In this document: piece by piece, positions 41,463 to 43,716 of the stretch
Layout of the letters: every line of letters starts with the position of its first letter
Position numbering within the stretch: position 1 is the stretch's first letter
DNA from: Malassezia furfur
Taxonomy: Eukaryota
NCBI GenBank assembly: GCA_052055015.1
Contig: JBQJIT010000044.1
Direction: 5' to 3' (one strand)
DNA: 43,716 nt
Position numbers and translations under genes: made by a program
Notes under the pieces: model-generated
The model's input: the letters and a program-made list of their open reading frames with translations, nothing else
What the model was told of the DNA's origin: nothing
Database searches by the model: none

Positions 41463-43676
41463 ATGGAGCGCGACGGAAAGGGGGCGTTTAGCGCACACGG
41501 CGCCGCTCCCGGTGCACTTATCACACCCAACGAGTTGGCCAATGTGCTGCTCGAAGCATTCAAGACGCTCCTGGCCGAGAGCGACAGCTACGTGTCGTAC
41601 TTTGAGCAGCGCTACCGCCTTGAAGAGGAGCATCTGCGTGGCCTCAAGACGATGCTCGAGAAGCAGCGTGACCTCGACCTGCGCATCAACCACAAACTCG
41701 CCGTGACGCCCGGCCTGCTGCCCGACGTCAACAGCCTCTCCGGCCTGCGCAACGCGTGGGGCGACATGCGCCTGAGCGAGATGTGGGCGATCGACGTGCG
41801 GCTGCAGACGCTGTTGGAGTGGAAGAAGACCACGCTGCAGCCCGTCGTGCAGTTCCGCGACTCGCAGGAGCGTATCCGCCGCCGCGTCAAGGACGACCTG
41901 CGCGCGTGTGTGGGCGACTACGACGAGATGCGCCTCACGACGCTGCCGCGCATCCGGCGCACGTACGAAAAGCGCTGCGAGGAGCTCGAGTTCTACCGGC
42001 ACCAGCAGCGTGCGATCGAGGAGCAGCGCATGCTCCTCGCCACCGCGGCGCAAGAGCCGCGCACCCCCACGGAGGCGTACGCCGCCGAGTCGATCCGCGC
42101 GGTGCCCGAGCCGAACGTGCCGGTGGACCGCGCGCACGCGACGACGCCCAACGTGCTCTCGCCGAACCCCGAGACGCACGGTGGCTACTTTGGCGCGACC
42201 AACAGCCCCGGCGGCGTTGCGTCGCCGAGCGGCGCCGCGGGGAGCAGCCAGCCGCGCTCCAACTTCCTCGACGGCCTGCGCAAGAAGGACGCGTGGGACG
42301 GCGCGCCGAAGCGCCTCAATGCGCTCTTTACGCGTATGCTCGACGTCTCGACCGAGCGCAGCGTGGGCGATGCGCCCGCGCTCAATGCGCCGGCGCCCGT
42401 GCACGATGCGCCCGCGGCGGCGGTGCCCGCGGCGGTGCCGGACGCCGTGCCGCACGCCACGTCGCAAAAGTCGCAGCAGGTGCTTGCGGTGAAGCAGGCC
42501 AAGGCGAAGCGCGACGTGGACGAGGCGGACAAGGCGTACCGCAAGGCGATCTTTGACCTCGAGACGCTGCGCATCCGGCTGAACAAGACGCTGGCCGCGG
42601 CGGCCACGTCGATCCTCGAGTGGCGCAAGGAGCTTGCCGCGGTGATGCACCGCGCGTGCGTCAAGCAAGTGCGCGACGCGATGGCGATCCGCGCATCGAT
42701 CGACTCGGTGCACAAGCAGGACGAGCAGATTGCGCTCCACATGCTCGACCGCCTGGACGCGGAGCAGCGCATGTGCGAGGACTGGCTGCCGAGCACGCGC
42801 TCGCTCGTGCCGGAGCAGCGCGTGCAGTACGTCAACTACTGGCACGGGCCGTACAAGGACTTGATCTTTGGCACCGGCCTCGTCGACTACGCCTTTTCGC
42901 ACGGCGAGGCAGCGACGCCCTCGACGATGACCGACTCGGGGCTGATTGTGCCCGCAGTGCGCCCGCCGCTGATCGTGACCAAGTGCATCCAGTTCATGGA
43001 GCAGCCACGGTGCCTCCAGACGCCGGGCATCTACCGCCTGAGCGCCAAGTACTCGCGCGTCCAGGAGCTTACCAGCTGGATCGAGCAGGACGAAGCGCGC
43101 TTCCAGTTCGACACGGACCGCGAGGAGCCCGTGATGGTCGCGAGCATTCTCAAGCTGTACCTGCGCCAGCTGCCCGAGCCCGTGATGCCGATGCGATGGG
43201 AGGAGCGCGTGCGCTACACGCACGAGCGCGAGGAGCACATCCGCAACGGCTTCACCTTCTTCAAGTCGCGCATCCGCCGTATGCCGCCGATCCACCAGGC
43301 GACGCTGCGTGCCCTCCTCATCCACCTGTCCCACGTCGCTGCGTATGCGGAGAAGAACAAAATGACGGTGGCCAACCTCGCGGTGATCTTCTCGCCGGTG
43401 GTCCTCTCCGAGACCGGGCACGACACCACCAGTCTGGCCGCGGCCACCGAGGAGGACCGCACGATGGAGGACCTGATCGTGTACTGCGCCGAGATCTTCT
43501 CGATGCCCGCTGCGCGCGACTCGCCGCTGCCACCCGTGCCGCTCGACACAGAAAAGCCCGCACTCCGCCCCGGGCGCCGGCAGGTCGTGTCGTGGGACAG
43601 TAACGCGACGCAGCACGATCACGCGTACGCTACCGTCGATTACAGCAGCGAGACGCAGACAGGACACGCTTTGTAG
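41463..43676 (+). CDS. F-BAR plus RhoGAP domain protein (Rgd1/Rga7-like)
   Basis: N-terminal helical F-BAR region ([12 protein letters not shown]...YEKRCEELE); [51 protein letters not shown]. Confidence 0.88.
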   Translation: MERDGKGAFSAHGAAPGALITPNELANVLLEAFKTLLAESDSYVSYFEQRYRLEEEHLRGLKTMLEKQRDLDLRINHKLAVTPGLLPDVNSLSGLRNAWGDMRLSEMWAIDVRLQTLLEWKKTTLQPVVQFRDSQERIRRRVKDDLRACVGDYDEMRLTTLPRIRRTYEKRCEELEFYRHQQRAIEEQRMLLATAAQEPRTPTEAYAAESIRAVPEPNVPVDRAHATTPNVLSPNPETHGGYFGATNSPGGVASPSGAAGSSQPRSNFLDGLRKKDAWDGAPKRLNALFTRMLDVSTERSVGDAPALNAPAPVHDAPAAAVPAAVPDAVPHATSQKSQQVLAVKQAKAKRDVDEADKAYRKAIFDLETLRIRLNKTLAAAATSILEWRKELAAVMHRACVKQVRDAMAIRASIDSVHKQDEQIALHMLDRLDAEQRMCEDWLPSTRSLVPEQRVQYVNYWHGPYKDLIFGTGLVDYAFSHGEAATPSTMTDSGLIVPAVRPPLIVTKCIQFMEQPRCLQTPGIYRLSAKYSRVQELTSWIEQDEARFQFDTDREEPVMVASILKLYLRQLPEPVMPMRWEERVRYTHEREEHIRNGFTFFKSRIRRMPPIHQATLRALLIHLSHVAAYAEKNKMTVANLAVIFSPVVLSETGHDTTSLAAATEEDRTMEDLIVYCAEIFSMPAARDSPLPPVPLDTEKPALRPGRRQVVSWDSNATQHDHAYATVDYSSETQTGHAL

Positions 43677-43716
43677 CTGAATGATACCCACTTGTCCGAC
43701 GCCCACCCACGCCCCA

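Noticed and set aside
42360..42460. Short GC-rich repeats (GCCCGCGGCGGTGCC) in the RhoGAP gene
   Set aside because: These encode a low-complexity Ala/Pro/Val linker; there is no spacer structure, so it is neither CRISPR nor a mobile repeat.
1..43716. Prokaryotic operons, defence systems, tRNA/rRNA or an intact transposon
   Set aside because: Genes are eukaryotic with spliceosomal introns. I saw no such elements by eye, although small ncRNAs cannot be excluded without a covariance-model scan.

Overview
Eukaryotic (fungal) genomic DNA, not prokaryotic. The very high gene density, high GC3, basidiomycete-type proteins and tiny GT-AG introns point to a Malassezia-like yeast (inference). I reconstruct about 35 protein-coding genes in 43.7 kb, interrupted by about 49 introns of only 21-43 nt, so the supplied ORF track is fragmented and cluttered with antisense shadow ORFs. 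Most genes are housekeeping (CGI121, APT1, MED9-like, CitE/CLYBL, HMT1, SHR3, PDK/BCKDK, VTI1, CreC, FYV4, PAF-AH, UBC1, PCS60, NNR2, MRPL40, ssSPT, CDD1, COX23, SKI8, SAM35, YMC-type carrier, SEC28, CCP1, GDI1, FAP7, MRPL22, cyclophilin B, F-BAR RhoGAP). No rRNA, tRNA, CRISPR or intact mobile element was seen. The best leads are: (1) a gene broken by a clean +1 frameshift at CCG-TGA with no usable intron (candidate programmed frameshift, or an assembly indel); (2) PCS60 and UBC1 only 14 nt apart, fused in frame if a 25-nt intron is retained; (3) a 5-oxoprolinase encoding only its N-terminal half; (4) 21-22-nt spliceosomal introns validated by restored protein motifs; (5) an intronless bacterial-type betaine aldehyde dehydrogenase with both mitochondrial and peroxisomal signals; (6) a PB1-like plus pseudo-retropepsin protein; (7) a domesticated Mutator/FAR1-type DNA-binding protein; (8) CACGTG boxes recurring in the minimal promoters. 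All family assignments come from motif recognition by eye; no searches were run.
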